A stretch of DNA of 64,000 nt from Octopus bimaculoides (lineage: Eukaryota), in NCBI RefSeq assembly GCF_001194135.2, contig NC_068988.1:54586533-54650532 (forward strand). Reading direction: 5' to 3'. The translations under genes were made by a program, and so were the position numbers. The notes below the pieces were generated by a model that searched no databases, was not told where the DNA came from, and saw only the letters and a program-made list of their open reading frames with translations. Of the stretch, positions 1 to 11,639 are shown piece after piece; positions within the stretch are counted from its first letter, which is position 1; each line of letters begins with the position of its first letter.

Positions 1-60
1 GATGAGAGACTGGCATTCCACTTAATGTCTATGTTCCATGTTGGCATGGATTGGAGAGTT

Positions 61-176
61 ATTAATGTAGAAATATGGTATCGTAGCTACTAACAGTTGA
101 GGGTTGCGTAGTCTAGACGGCGTTTTTAGATTTCATTATTCTCTTTAACCCGGGCGAAGCCGGGTATTTCTGCTAG
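61..176 (+). mobile_element. Helitron 3' terminal fragment
   Basis: Hairpin ACCCGG-GCGAAG-CCGGGT at 148-165, then 7 nt, CTAG (173-176) and T: the canonical Helitron 3' signature. The 5' extent is a guess. Confidence 0.6.
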
Positions 177-300
177 TTGATATATATATATATATATATA
201 TATTGTTGATGTCATAAGAATTTGTACACTTTCAAGAGAATGAGAAATAAATCTTTCTTTTTTTTTTAACATTGGAGAACGAAGCACATGAAGCTACATA

Positions 301-370
301 ACTGCATGTAAAACCAACATCTCTTGTCGACATGTCTACAAGAGATGTGAGTTCAAGTCTCACAGGCAGT
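301..370 (+). other. tRNA-like relic or SINE head containing a 32-nt palindrome
   Basis: Perfect T-arm GTGAG-TTCAAGT-CTCAC (347-363). ACTGCAT (301-307) pairs 6/7 with AGGCAGT (364-370). The D and anticodon region is occupied by a palindrome at 317-348. Not a normal cloverleaf. Confidence 0.35.
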
Positions 371-1786
371 GTTCAGTTTTTTCTATTCAAAGGGTATATT
401 TACCCCAATATTTGCATGCCATTATTTATAGCTTTATGTTTTCCTAAGCTCTACTGATCCCAGAAGAATTATAAATACATACATATGTAATAATAATGCA
501 CACACACATATGCATTTATTCATTTATAGAAAAACATGATTAAACTCTTTGCATACCTAAACATTTATATACATTCATACACACACATACGTTTTTCTTC
601 TTTTTTTTTATGTATATCCTGTATATTTAATTAAATCAATCCAAAGATTTCTTCTCTCCCTGAGGTGAAACCATTGGTCACTGTTTTGAAGCACTGAAAT
701 TCCCAACACCCACAATAAATAATATATTTAACTATATAGATCTAATTATTTAATAAATATTTTCATTAGTGAATTAATTACAACAGCCCTTTGTACATTA
801 CACAGACAAACCACTTTGGTTTTTGTAACATTTTCTTTTTGTTTTTTGTAGACCATTTCAAATGATGCGCCTATTCAGTATTGATGATATTAATATATTG
901 TATATTGCCTTCTCCTTATTTCCACAGTGTTCCACTCTGTTTCAATTTGAACTGTTCCCATTGTGTCTATTTTATTTTTATTTCTTTGTATTTGAGAATA
1001 TTAATTAATTAATGCTTATTTATTCAGTATGTGTGAAAAGGAACGAGGATGATTGCCAATAACAGAGAAGTAAAGAGAAAGAGAAAGCAAACAAGAGATT
1101 ATGATCACTGTTTTTATATCTCAACATTCTTTATTCTTGAATCTAACCCAGCAGCCTTTATTACTTCCAAACCTCCACCCCAACCCCACATTTTTCCTTT
1201 ATTCTTCTTCTACTCAGATCTCTCTGTATACCCCGACCCTGCTTGTTGTTATTATTGTTGAGCTGTAGATGATCCTTATCTCAATAGCAGATCTATGATC
1301 AAAGATGCTCCAGCCTTGACTATCTTATCTTTATTTTTAGACATAGTATATCTCAAAGACCATACTATCCTTGTTTTTTTTTGTTTTTGTTTTTGTTTTT
1401 TGTTTTTCTGAGATGGCAAAATATGATTAGGTTGGTATCTCTAGCAGGTCAGGTAATCTTACACAGGCTCCAACTTTGGCTTCTTGTTATTATTTAATTG
1501 CTGGTCAGCCATGATTTAGCAAACTTATGACCAGAAGCATTTCAATCTTGACCAACTCCCCTACATTTTCCCATGTAATGCATCTAGGACTACACTATCC
1601 AAAGTTTCTTTCCATTTTCAAGATAGTAGAATGTTATGATTTGACTGCAATTTCTAACAGGTCAAGTGGCCACATAGCTCTCCTCATTGGTTCTACCACC
1701 CTAATTTTTTCCAAAGGGTGTCCAAATTCCAAAATCAACATCAAATACTGGAAAAGAGTCCCAAATATATTTCTAAAATATCGTCA

Positions 1787-1925
1787 GCATGGTTGTGTGG
1801 TTAAGAAGCTTACTTTGTGACCACATGGTTTCAAGTTCAGTTCCACTGCATGGTACCTTGGGCAAATGTCATGGGCTGACCGATGCCTTGTGAAAATTGT
1901 GTAGAAAATTGGAAACCTATTATAT
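1787..1925 (+). mobile_element. tRNA-derived SINE family A, diverged 5' head
   Basis: GCATGGTTGTGTGGTTAAGAAGCTT...GTTCAGTTCCACTG...CCTTGGGCAA head, matching the intact copies at 38462-38842 and 44115-44519. Confidence 0.8.
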
Positions 1926-1974
1926 GTGTGTGTGTGTGTGTATATGAAATCAAAATCAAATCAAATTCATAAAT

Positions 1975-2430
1975 TCGATGACTGGCACCCATGCCAGTGG
2001 AGCACTAAGAGCACCATCTGAGTGTGACCGCAACCAGCGCAGCTGACTGGCTTCCGTGCCGGTGGCACGTAAAAAGCACCATTCGAATGTGTTCATTACC
2101 AGCGTTGCCTTACTGGCACGTGAAAAAACATTCGAGTGAGGTTGTTGCCAGTGCTGCTGGACTGGCTCCTGTGCAGGTGGCATGTAAAAAGCACCACTTG
2201 AGCATGGCCGTTGCCAGTACCACCTGATTGGCCCTCATGCCGATGGCACGTAAAATCACCCACTACACTCTCGGAGTGGTTGGCGTTAGGAAGGGCATCC
2301 AGCTGGAGAAACTCTACCAGATCAGATTGGAGCCTGGTGCAGCCATCTGGTTTGCTAGTCCTCAGTCAAATCGTCCAACCCATGCTAGCATGGAAAGCAG
2401 ACGTTAAATGGTGATGATAATGATGATATA
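1975..2430 (+). mobile_element. SINE family B with RTE-like 3' tail
   Basis: Internal repeats of (G)TGGCACGT(A)AAAAGCAC, then AGGAAGGGCATCCAGCT...CCAACCCATGCTAGCATGGAAAGCAGACGTTAAA and a GAT-type tail. The same tail recurs near 3150(-), 11270, 14440, 15550, 44715, 48200(-), 53640 and 54710(-). Confidence 0.85.
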
Positions 2431-4103
2431 TATATATATATATATATATAGTGTGTGAGAGTGTGTGTCACTGTCACCACTACTCTGCTGTTTGACAACT
2501 GGTGTTGGTTTGTTTACATTCCTGAAACTCATCATTGGTTTGGAAAAAGTCTGATATAATAAGTACCAGATTTAAGAATAAGTGTTGGGGTTGATCTGTA
2601 CAACTAAAACTCTTTGAGATGGTGCCCCAGCATGGCCAAAGCCAATGACTAAAGCAAATGAACAATAAAAGCTTCCAATTTGTTATTGTTGTTCAACTCT
2701 GACTGAGCAGACCTATAATTGAAGACACTCCAGCTGTGACCATCCCAACTCTTTCACGAAATCTAAGACTGCATTATTACTGTGTTCTCTTTTTAACATG
2801 GCAAGGGTGATCTAAGTGAAATTTAGCTGCTATATATAGCAGGTCAAACAATTCTGTAGAGATTTTGCACAATAGACTGCATAGATATTTGGTCGGTAGA
2901 CATTTCAATGGTTCTCTCGATAGAATGCAGAAGGGTTGTAGAGAAAGATGATATATTGATTTCAGGAAATGTTCCAGTTTACTGGACAATGGCTTTTTAT
3001 TCATTTTTTCATTCTTTTTTTTTTTTGCATCAACTCTCTTAGTTCTGTGCGTTTGTTTCTTTCTGTCTACCTTTCTAATAAACATCTATCTAATCTGTAA
3101 TAATTCTGTCTCTCTGTCATGTGTGTCTTGTAAATCAGGGGTCATGAACTGAATTCTCACCTTGGGTTGGACAGGGTGAATAGAGCTAGCAAGCGGGTGA
3201 GGCTGCACCAGACTCCGGTCTGATTTGGCATGGTTTCTATGGCTTGATGTCCTTCCTAATGCCAACCACTTTACAGTGTGCTGGGTGCTTTTATATGGCA
3301 CTGCACAGGTGCTTTTATGTGACATTGCACAGGCGCTGTTAGGTGGCACCACACGGGCACTTTTACATGGCACTGTGTAGGTACTTTTACATCTATCTAT
3401 CTATCTACCCACCTACCTGTCTGTCTGTCTGTCTTTTTATCTATCTATCGACATACCTACATATCTATCTATTTATCATCATCATCATCATCATCAAGGA
3501 ACTTCCAAATTCACTCATTAGACATTGGTCAGCCTAGGGCCATAGTAGAAGGCACTTGCCCAAAGTGTCACACAGTAGGATGGAACCCAAAACCATTTGG
3601 TTGCAAAACAAGCTTCTTAACTAAACAGTCATGCCGTCTGTATTTATGTATATTTGTGTATATATTCATGTCGTAAGATATGAACTATTATAAGAGTTAT
3701 AATTATTCTCTGAGTAGTAATAATCAATTCATCTTTCATGGCCATTAGTGTCGTTTTAAAACCGTTCCGCTACTTAAACAAGGAGTATTTTTAGGAATTC
3801 TATTTCTGTCACCCATTTACATAACATACGTATTTAATATGCCTCTTAATACATAACATTTTAATTACTTTTTCAAAATTCTCTTTGAACAAATTCATTA
3901 TGAGGTTTTGTAATCAAATGAGTTTGAAATAAGTATCGAATTCCAAGGATTGTTTTTTTAAAGGATCAATTTGAATAAGAAGTGTAATGTTCTTTGTTTA
4001 ACTAAAATCAGAATTGGAGAGGTTATGAAAGCTATAATGTCTTCAGAGTGGGTAAAGTTGCAAAGGTTATGATGGTTTTTGATTGGGAAAACTTGGTGCT
4101 TAA

Positions 4104-4301
4104 CCTTTTAGCATTTAAACTGGCCACATCAGGCCCAGATATTCTGCTTGTTTTCTGCTCAAAATGGCCAGATCTGGCTTCTCACACCTACCCTACAATG
4201 CTATTCTAAAAATAAATAATCACGTCATCTAAATCTAGAAGCTAAAAGATAATACATTATTAATTCAGAACATTTGACTGAGTAATTTGAATGCTAAAGG
4301 G
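4104..4301. mobile_element. piggyBac-type MITE, family 1
   Basis: TTAA|CCTTTTAGCATT ... AATGCTAAAGGG|TTAA. Homologous copies at 55113-55327 and 60987-61208. Confidence 0.85.
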
Positions 4302-5039
4302 TTAAATATTGGCATAAGACCACAAAACTGAGAAAGGAACTTAACTGGGCTTTCATCCCAGTACCTGATGCCAATTATTTTATTGATCTCTGAAAGACAA
4401 AAGGTAACAGTGACTTCTGTGGAATTCGAATTCAAAATATAAAGGGACATAAATCAAGAACACGAGGCATTCTGTCCATCACTCTATCGTTTCAGCTAAT
4501 CTACTGCCTTCTTCCAAAACAAAATCAAAGTTACTATGCGGAGAAGTGATGCAGATGAGACTTTTTAAATAATAAGGATTCTTTAAAGTATCCAATGTTT
4601 AGAATCATAAGGACTACAATAATCTGGTTCTTACAGGTTTTCAATGTTCAATGTTGTTTAATAAGGATTGTATTCAGGACCAGATTGTTTGTCTGTAAGT
4701 TTTAAGCTAAAACTTTGTTACAGCCATGTAGGTTCTTAACCTTGGTGTTTTTTCTACAGCTAGAGTCAATATACCATATTCCTATGATGTACTGGAAACA
4801 ACTGTAAAATCACTTTTTGTTTGTTGTAACAGTCATTATTATAAAACTGACAGATTGGAAGATAACCAAATATTTCATGACAGTTTTAATTTTCAGTTGG
4901 AATCAACCATTTCATTTAATTTATATTGAAAATATCTTTGGGCAAGGCATGATTATCACAGCCTTATGCTTTTTTCATTTAATATTCTCACATTTCAAGA
5001 CAATTAATATATCATGTTTTCCTTTTTTCTGTTCATCAG

Positions 5040-5078
5040 GTGATGACAACATGCACACCGACAGGAGGTATACGAGAG
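5040..5078 (+). CDS. Candidate 39-nt internal exon of an unidentified gene
   Basis: Acceptor TTTCCTTTTTTCTGTTCATCAG and donor AG|GTAAGT. Length is a multiple of 3. Two CpGs are retained in a CpG-poor region. Open as VMTTCTPTGGIRE (phase 0) or xDDNMHTDRRYTR (phase 1). Confidence 0.45.
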
Positions 5079-5745
5079 GTAAGTGTCTTTATTAATTCAT
5101 TATAGGTAATCCTATACAACATCATGCATAAAACAGAATAAAACATCAAACAGAATAAAAACATATATGAAAGACAAAAGGATTTATGTTACATAGTCGA
5201 GTTTATTTTTCAATAGGTAATGAACTTATTGTATACAGTGCTCAGGTGCACTACAACTCATCAGAAAAAGTAAGTGCAGAAAAAGTGCATGAACTGTATA
5301 CAGAATAATGCACAGGAAGTAAACAGTGAATGAGTCACTTAAAAATTAGAGAGTTGGTTTCAGCTGTACTGTTTGTGAATTTTAGGAAGCATAGAAATTT
5401 TGAAGGATGTATAATATAGTACTTTGTATTATTTTAAAAATGATACTTACCTGTTATCAACAGTCACTTTTTTTTTTATTTACTTAATAAACTATTGCAA
5501 TGATGAGACAGGTGTAATACTTGATCAGTGAACTTTTGAAATGGCTATCACTACCTCACAGAGAAGGGAAAAAGCAAGGAACTGGGTGATTGTTTAATAG
5601 TATATTAACTAATTCTTTTGTGAGTAAAAAAAAAAATTGATTGTGAATAACAGGAAAGTATCCTAAAAGCTCTTCACTCAAAACTTTTCTGTTGAAATGC
5701 ATGTATACATTTTAATATATTTTATGATAATTTCTTCATTTTTAG

Positions 5746-5763
5746 AAGGGGTTTCATTGTTCT
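5746..5763 (+). CDS. Candidate 18-nt microexon
   Basis: TTTCTTCATTTTTAG|AAGGGGTTTCATTGTTCT|GTAAGT. Frame-preserving; KGFHCS (phase 0) or EGVSLF (phase 1). Confidence 0.3.
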
Positions 5764-7201
5764 GTAAGTTTAGAAATTAGCAGGAATTGTTAGTGCAATT
5801 GTAGCTACTATTGAGCAAGTAGACCTATTTCCTTCTGAGAGGAACCATGTCATGGATAGATAAGCTAGACAAGTCATTAATTCAGTACTTTAGATCAATA
5901 TTTCTTAAGTTAGACTGCATGCCCCATTGATGAGGTTTGGCAATATTTTAGTGGGGCATGGATTACTTCAGAATGGGGTTTTAAGTAACAAGTGAATAAA
6001 ACTTGCAATAGCATTTTAATTAAAACTTCATTTAAATATAATATATTGTATTTACTTGTGTACAAGTCATACACAAGTTTAAGTTGCACCTCTGATTTAG
6101 TGTTAAATCATGGTATGAAATTTTTTCTCGTCACAGTTTTAGCTTTGCTCCATGTATAGTTCATACCCCAGTTTTTCCGTTAAAAATCACGAAAAGAATA
6201 ATGCAACTTTTACATGAATAGATATGCTATGTGCTAGAACTAACTCTGTCTGTTGATGGTGGGTTGCATGAATTTTTGGAAAACTGGGGCCTAATGCAAA
6301 TAGTGATGTGAAACACTTTTTTAAGATTAATGATGCAGTACATTCTACGATGTACACGTCATGACTGCAATCTACGATTGCAATAAATTACCAAGTGTTG
6401 TCATGGTATGTTATATGAGATGTTGTGTGGTTAACAGGATATAATTGTGTGAAATAATGCTGTGTGCTAAGTCAAGGTGTGTTGTGTCAGATATACTCTG
6501 ACAGTTAAGGTTATGTGTATGAGATACAGTTGTTATTCATGCTATTTTGAATCACCATCATCATCATCACCACAACCACCACCATCACCACTACCATCAT
6601 CATCATCATCACCAGCACCAACAACCATCTCCATCATCATCATTATCAGTGTCATCATTAACATCCTCTACAGGTTAACAGTTTCGGTCTGGGTTGTTCT
6701 CGCTGGTTTTAGCAGCTTTGGAAGGATAAGATACAAATTGAACCATTCATGGAAGTGCACCTCCATATGTAACATGCTGTGCTATACCATACCATGGGCT
6801 CTTAACACTTTGAAAGAGTTTTATGGGTGCTGTCATATGTAGAATGTCTTGGACATTAAATGATGATGGAGGAAACAAGATGCTTTCCTTCACAACCTTG
6901 TTACCAAGTCAGTGACCAGTCAAAAGTTATTCTAAATCAAAAAGAGAAAAGAAAACATACATAGATGCATGCATGCATGCATACATATATGATAGGCTTC
7001 CACACAGTTTCCATCAAACAATTTATGCTTGCAAAGCATTAGTTGGCCCAAAGCTATAGAAGACACTTGCCCATGGTGCCAATCAGTAGAACTGAACCTG
7101 AGACCACATGATTGCAAAGCAAACTCAAGTACACATATATGTTTGTGCCATTATCATAAATAGAAGAAATTATTCAATACTTATCTTAGTTAGATCATAT
7201 A

Positions 7202-7247
<46 letters not shown>

Positions 7248-7561
7248 TGTATATATATATAGATATATATGTATGTATGTATAATCATATACATGTCCAA
7301 ACATACATACACACACACACATATGTACAGACAGACACACGCACACATACACACACACAAATACATATATATAGAGAGACATAAATATAGATCTGGCAGT
7401 TCCTATATTACATGGGCAAGGCTGAATCAGGATTTGTTCTTGGTCTAAACTATTGGACAAGTCCATAAGTGCAAGAATTTTCTTTTACTTTTTTTTTTTG
7501 TTAATGTATCACTACTAATATATGTAACTAATACAGCATAAATAACATGCTGTGTTTGTTA

Positions 7562-7597
<36 letters not shown>

Positions 7598-8729
7598 TTC
7601 TCTTTCTCTTTCTCTCTCTCTCTCTCTCTTTGTTTCTTCTCTTTTAATGGTGAAAGTTGTATAAGGTTCTAATCTAGTCTCATTCTACTCATTTAACTTC
7701 TCACTTGCATAGCTAAAATTATTACACAATCAATAAAAACATCTTATTTTTTTCCCAACAGTAAAAGCATTACAAATATTTCAAATTCATTATAATTAAA
7801 TTGAAATTCAATCTTTATGTAAATAAAACTAAAACTGAAATGAATGTTACACCATAAAATGCTAAAGGGAATTTTCCTATGTAGCAGTTCAACCTACTAG
7901 AAATAGAAACCAAAGCTTACACCAACCACACATAACTATCTTAAAAATGGAAAAACATATTAGATAATAGTAGTCTTTGGTACACCTTGTCTAAGGGAAA
8001 ACAGAGAGGATGGTCACAGCTGGAGTGATTTTAATCATCGGTCTGCTCAAGAAAGGTTGATCTGGATCCATACAACTAAGAGCAAAATTACTTCCCTACA
8101 TAGTCACTCAGAGTGTTAGAATTAGCAGCTAAATCTCCCACAAAGTACACCCTATCATATTTTTAAAATGATGAACACATTATGTAATCTAATCCTTGCT
8201 ATATCTGAAATGCAACAAACAGCAAAAAAAGAAAACATAAATAAAATAGACAGCTTGGATCTCTTTGACTACAGAACTGGATCAAGGCCTACCTTATCCT
8301 AAACTATAATTATAGCTATAACTATTTCTTTTTTTTATATTTACTGTTCTTTTAGTTATTCTGCTATGTGATTATTTTTAATTCTTACAAAGTAGGAATA
8401 TTTTTTTAGGGTGGAAAATTGTATTTTAGCTGATTGTTCTGTCTGCAATTAAACACTCATCTGTGAAATAGGGAGAGGAATTTTGTTTTGATGTCATTAT
8501 CATCATCATCATCATCATTATTATGAAAAAAAGATAACCAAGATTAATTACTCAGATATGCCACTGACATGAAAACTAATAATTAAATTAGTGTTAACAT
8601 AATTAATGTAGTGGTGAACACAAAGAATATAATTAGAAATATTTACATGGTGAAAATATAATAAAAAAAAAGACAAAATTAGATCAAGGACAAATATTTT
8701 TTAATCATTGTGCTAATATGGGAGGTAAC

Positions 8730-8768
8730 TTCAGACATGTTTCAGTGTTAGTAGACCTTCTCAGTGAA
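8730..8768 (-). ncRNA. Minimal type I hammerhead-ribozyme-like motif with variant core (Penelope-like terminal repeat fragment)
   Basis: Minus strand reads TTCA-CTGAGAA-ggtctactaacact-GAAA-CATGT-C-TGAA: 4-bp stem I, palindromic stem III (ACATGT) and a GUC site. The core CUGAGAA deviates from CUGANGA. Related copies near 37330-37365, 38050-38090 and 40530-40580. Confidence 0.4.
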
Positions 8769-9755
8769 ACATAGACATTACTGTGTCTTCTGAAATACTA
8801 ATAAGAAAATCACTAAATAGATACAATACTGTAAATAAGTAAACAAGGAAAATTAGTATATTAACTGAAAGAAAGAAATTAATTAGAAATAGGCATAGGC
8901 ATGGCAGAGTGATTAAGTAGCTCACAGGATAACCAAGTAGTTCTGGTTTAAATCTAGTATACATCACCCCCAAGTGAGTGTCTTCTGCTGTAGCTGTGGG
9001 TTGACCGATGCCTTGTGAGTAGATTTGGTAGACTGAAACTGAAAGATGTTCATTGTTGGACAATTGTTATACTGATAATGTCCATTTGTCAGAAACATGT
9101 GTCCACAACTATCCTCTTATCTCCAGACAAAAAGCCTGTTCATTTTTTTTTCATAATTGTCTGTCAACTTTGAAGAATTCTTGATTCTTGTGATTATTTC
9201 CCTTGGTAATGTGATGCTGATTTCACTTGCCATTTAGTAATTGTGAAACATCCTCTACAGGTGAAGATAGTTTTAATAAATCAAGAATTTGTGATGTATG
9301 ATATTTGATATGCCTGTATTATGTATGTAGGTATGTAGGTATGTATGCATGCATGCATGCATGCATGCATGCATGCATGCATGCATGTATGTATGTATTG
9401 AAACTCATTTTGACACTGTGGGAGCTAGAACAGATTTTGCCGTTATGACTTATTGAAAACGGGAAGAGTAGTGTCTCTGATCTCTTTGCATGGCCTCCAA
9501 GACTGATGAAAGGAAAAGCGAAAAGACCTTGATGTATTCACCGTGGGGACCTGGTGCATACTGTTACAAGAGAATGGACCTTGCTAAAGACACCCAAGAG
9601 CCAGATGGGAGTGTTAAGCTGAGTGCCAATTAAGTTTATCATTCAAGAATTCTGAAGAATTACTTCCCATCTAACTGAATATTTAGTTTGGGATCTTTAG
9701 TAAAAGAGTGAATGGCACAACATGCTAATTCCTTTCTTCCATTCCACATTCTTAA

Positions 9756-9978
9756 CCCTTTTAATACTACCCCACTCAAAACAGCCTCTGGTTCTTTGAT
9801 ACAAACTTCATGTTTTAAAATGATCTAAATTAAAATCTTTCATCAAAATTTCAAGTTAATTTACGTTCCAAGTACCAGCTTAAGAAAGACAAAGCTATTT
9901 AAATATGTTATTCATTATTTTCAAAAATTAAGTGAAACAAAAGCAGCTTATTTCAAAAGAAATAGGGTAGCAAAACAG
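9756..9978. mobile_element. TTAA-flanked MITE, family 2
   Basis: TTAA|CCCTTTTAATAC start and a degenerate right end. Internal sequence (AAAATGATCTAAAT...CATCAAAATTTCA...GTTCCAAG.ACCAGCTTAA) is shared with 11865-12080 and a reversed copy near 51100-51290. Confidence 0.75.
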
Positions 9979-10514
9979 TTGAAGTCGAAGGGAGATAATC
10001 ACCTATTGATGGATATCTCTAGTTGTGATTAGACAACTTGGAAAAAATACCAGCCATTTGATATTTAAGTATTTATTTAACCGGTATGTATGTGTGCGTT
10101 TGTATTTGAGTGTGTTTGTATGTGAAATATGCTGGTGAGTATGTATGTGTTTATTTTCTCACTTCTGTAAAGAAACACGTTCTTCTATCTACGTATCTAC
10201 CTACCAGTCTACATATAGAGCCAGGCAAGTAGGTAATTAGCAAGGCATGTCATGCCCCAGCAGTAAACCTATAGCATCTTGTGTGTGATGCATTCATTTA
10301 CGTTTTAACCTATATTTTTGTTTTTGTCATCTTCTGAAAAACTGCGATGTTCTGATAGCACCAAACATAGCAATGCGGTAGTTAGTGTTGCGTTTATGAT
10401 TGTGTATGGATGTATGTATTGTATACACATACATACACACACATATATATATACATGCACGCACACACACATATATATACATGCACGCACACACACGCAC
10501 ATATATATTAAGAT

Positions 10515-10547
<33 letters not shown>

Positions 10548-10837
10548 CATGTATATATATTTATATATGTCTACATTTATATTCATATATAAATATATAA
10601 ATGTATGTATGCAAATGTATGTGTATATATATATATATGTCTGTTGAGATGATTTGAAAATACGACACCTAATAACCCAACACCATATCTTTTCTACACC
10701 TCTGATGAGATTTTGCCTAATACAATGATTTAATTATTGTAATTTAATCTTTAAGTCTAAATTGAAACAGCTGTAAGAGAATATGTTGAATTTTTGCAGA
10801 TAATAAATTATATTAATGCTACATCTCCATTTTCTAG

Positions 10838-10886
<49 letters not shown>

Positions 10887-11639
10887 TATTTGCAATGGAA
10901 GCAGTATTAGTACAGCTACAGGCATGGCAATATGTTAAAAAGTTTGCTTCCCGATTATATGGTTCCAGGTTCAGATCCCCTGCATGGCACCTTGGGCCCT
11001 AGGCCAACCAAAGCTCAGTGCATGGATTTGGTAGAGAGACACCAAAAGAAACCTATTGTATATATATCTTTATATGAATACATGTGTGTCTGTGAATGTG
11101 TGTTTGTCTCGTTGTCTTGACATTACATGATACTTGCAAATGATTGTCACAATCGTGCAAGCATTTCTGATTTTGTATGAGAACATGTCATTTCTAATTT
11201 TGTATGAGAACATGTCTGGTCATGGGGAAATATTACTTTGCTTGGAAGCAGGTGAGGGTTAGTGACAGGAAGGGCATCCAACTATAGAAAATCTGCCTAA
11301 ATAAATTCTGTCCGATTCATGCAAGTACAGAAAAGTGGATGCTAAAATGATCATGATGATGATAATGATGGTATCAACTCTTTATTCATAATTAAGAATT
11401 ACTTTATTTTCTAATTATATCAATACCAACATCTTCTATTTATTTTATTAATAACTCTTTACTAAATGGCTAAGTCCATCTATTTGAATTCAACACACCA
11501 ATTTACACTGGTATATACAGAAACACTCATGTATTTAACAGGTTTCCACATAATTTTCTGTCCTCCATAATATGATTTTCAAAGCATTGATCAAAGCATT
11601 CATCCCACTGTGTGATTAAAGGCATCAATAACTACATTC

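Noticed and set aside
1975-2270. Regularly spaced GTGGCACGTAAAAAGCAC repeats that look like a CRISPR array
   Set aside because: Eukaryotic context. The repeats are the internal modules of SINE family B and recur in its other copies.
5225-5275. AG/GTAAGT-bounded segment resembling an exon
   Set aside because: It appears to lie within a LINE-like 3' fragment (~5100-5420), so it is more likely a chance signal.
9497-9535. CTGATGA...GCGAAA hammerhead-like spacing
   Set aside because: No stem III or NUH site follows GAAA, and stem II does not pair.
10305-10647. Overlapping ORFs rich in YI/VC/HT dipeptides (also 7170-7466, 34168-34438, 61692-62277, 62962-63332)
   Set aside because: These are translations of (TA)n/(CA)n microsatellites, which lack stop codons in several frames.
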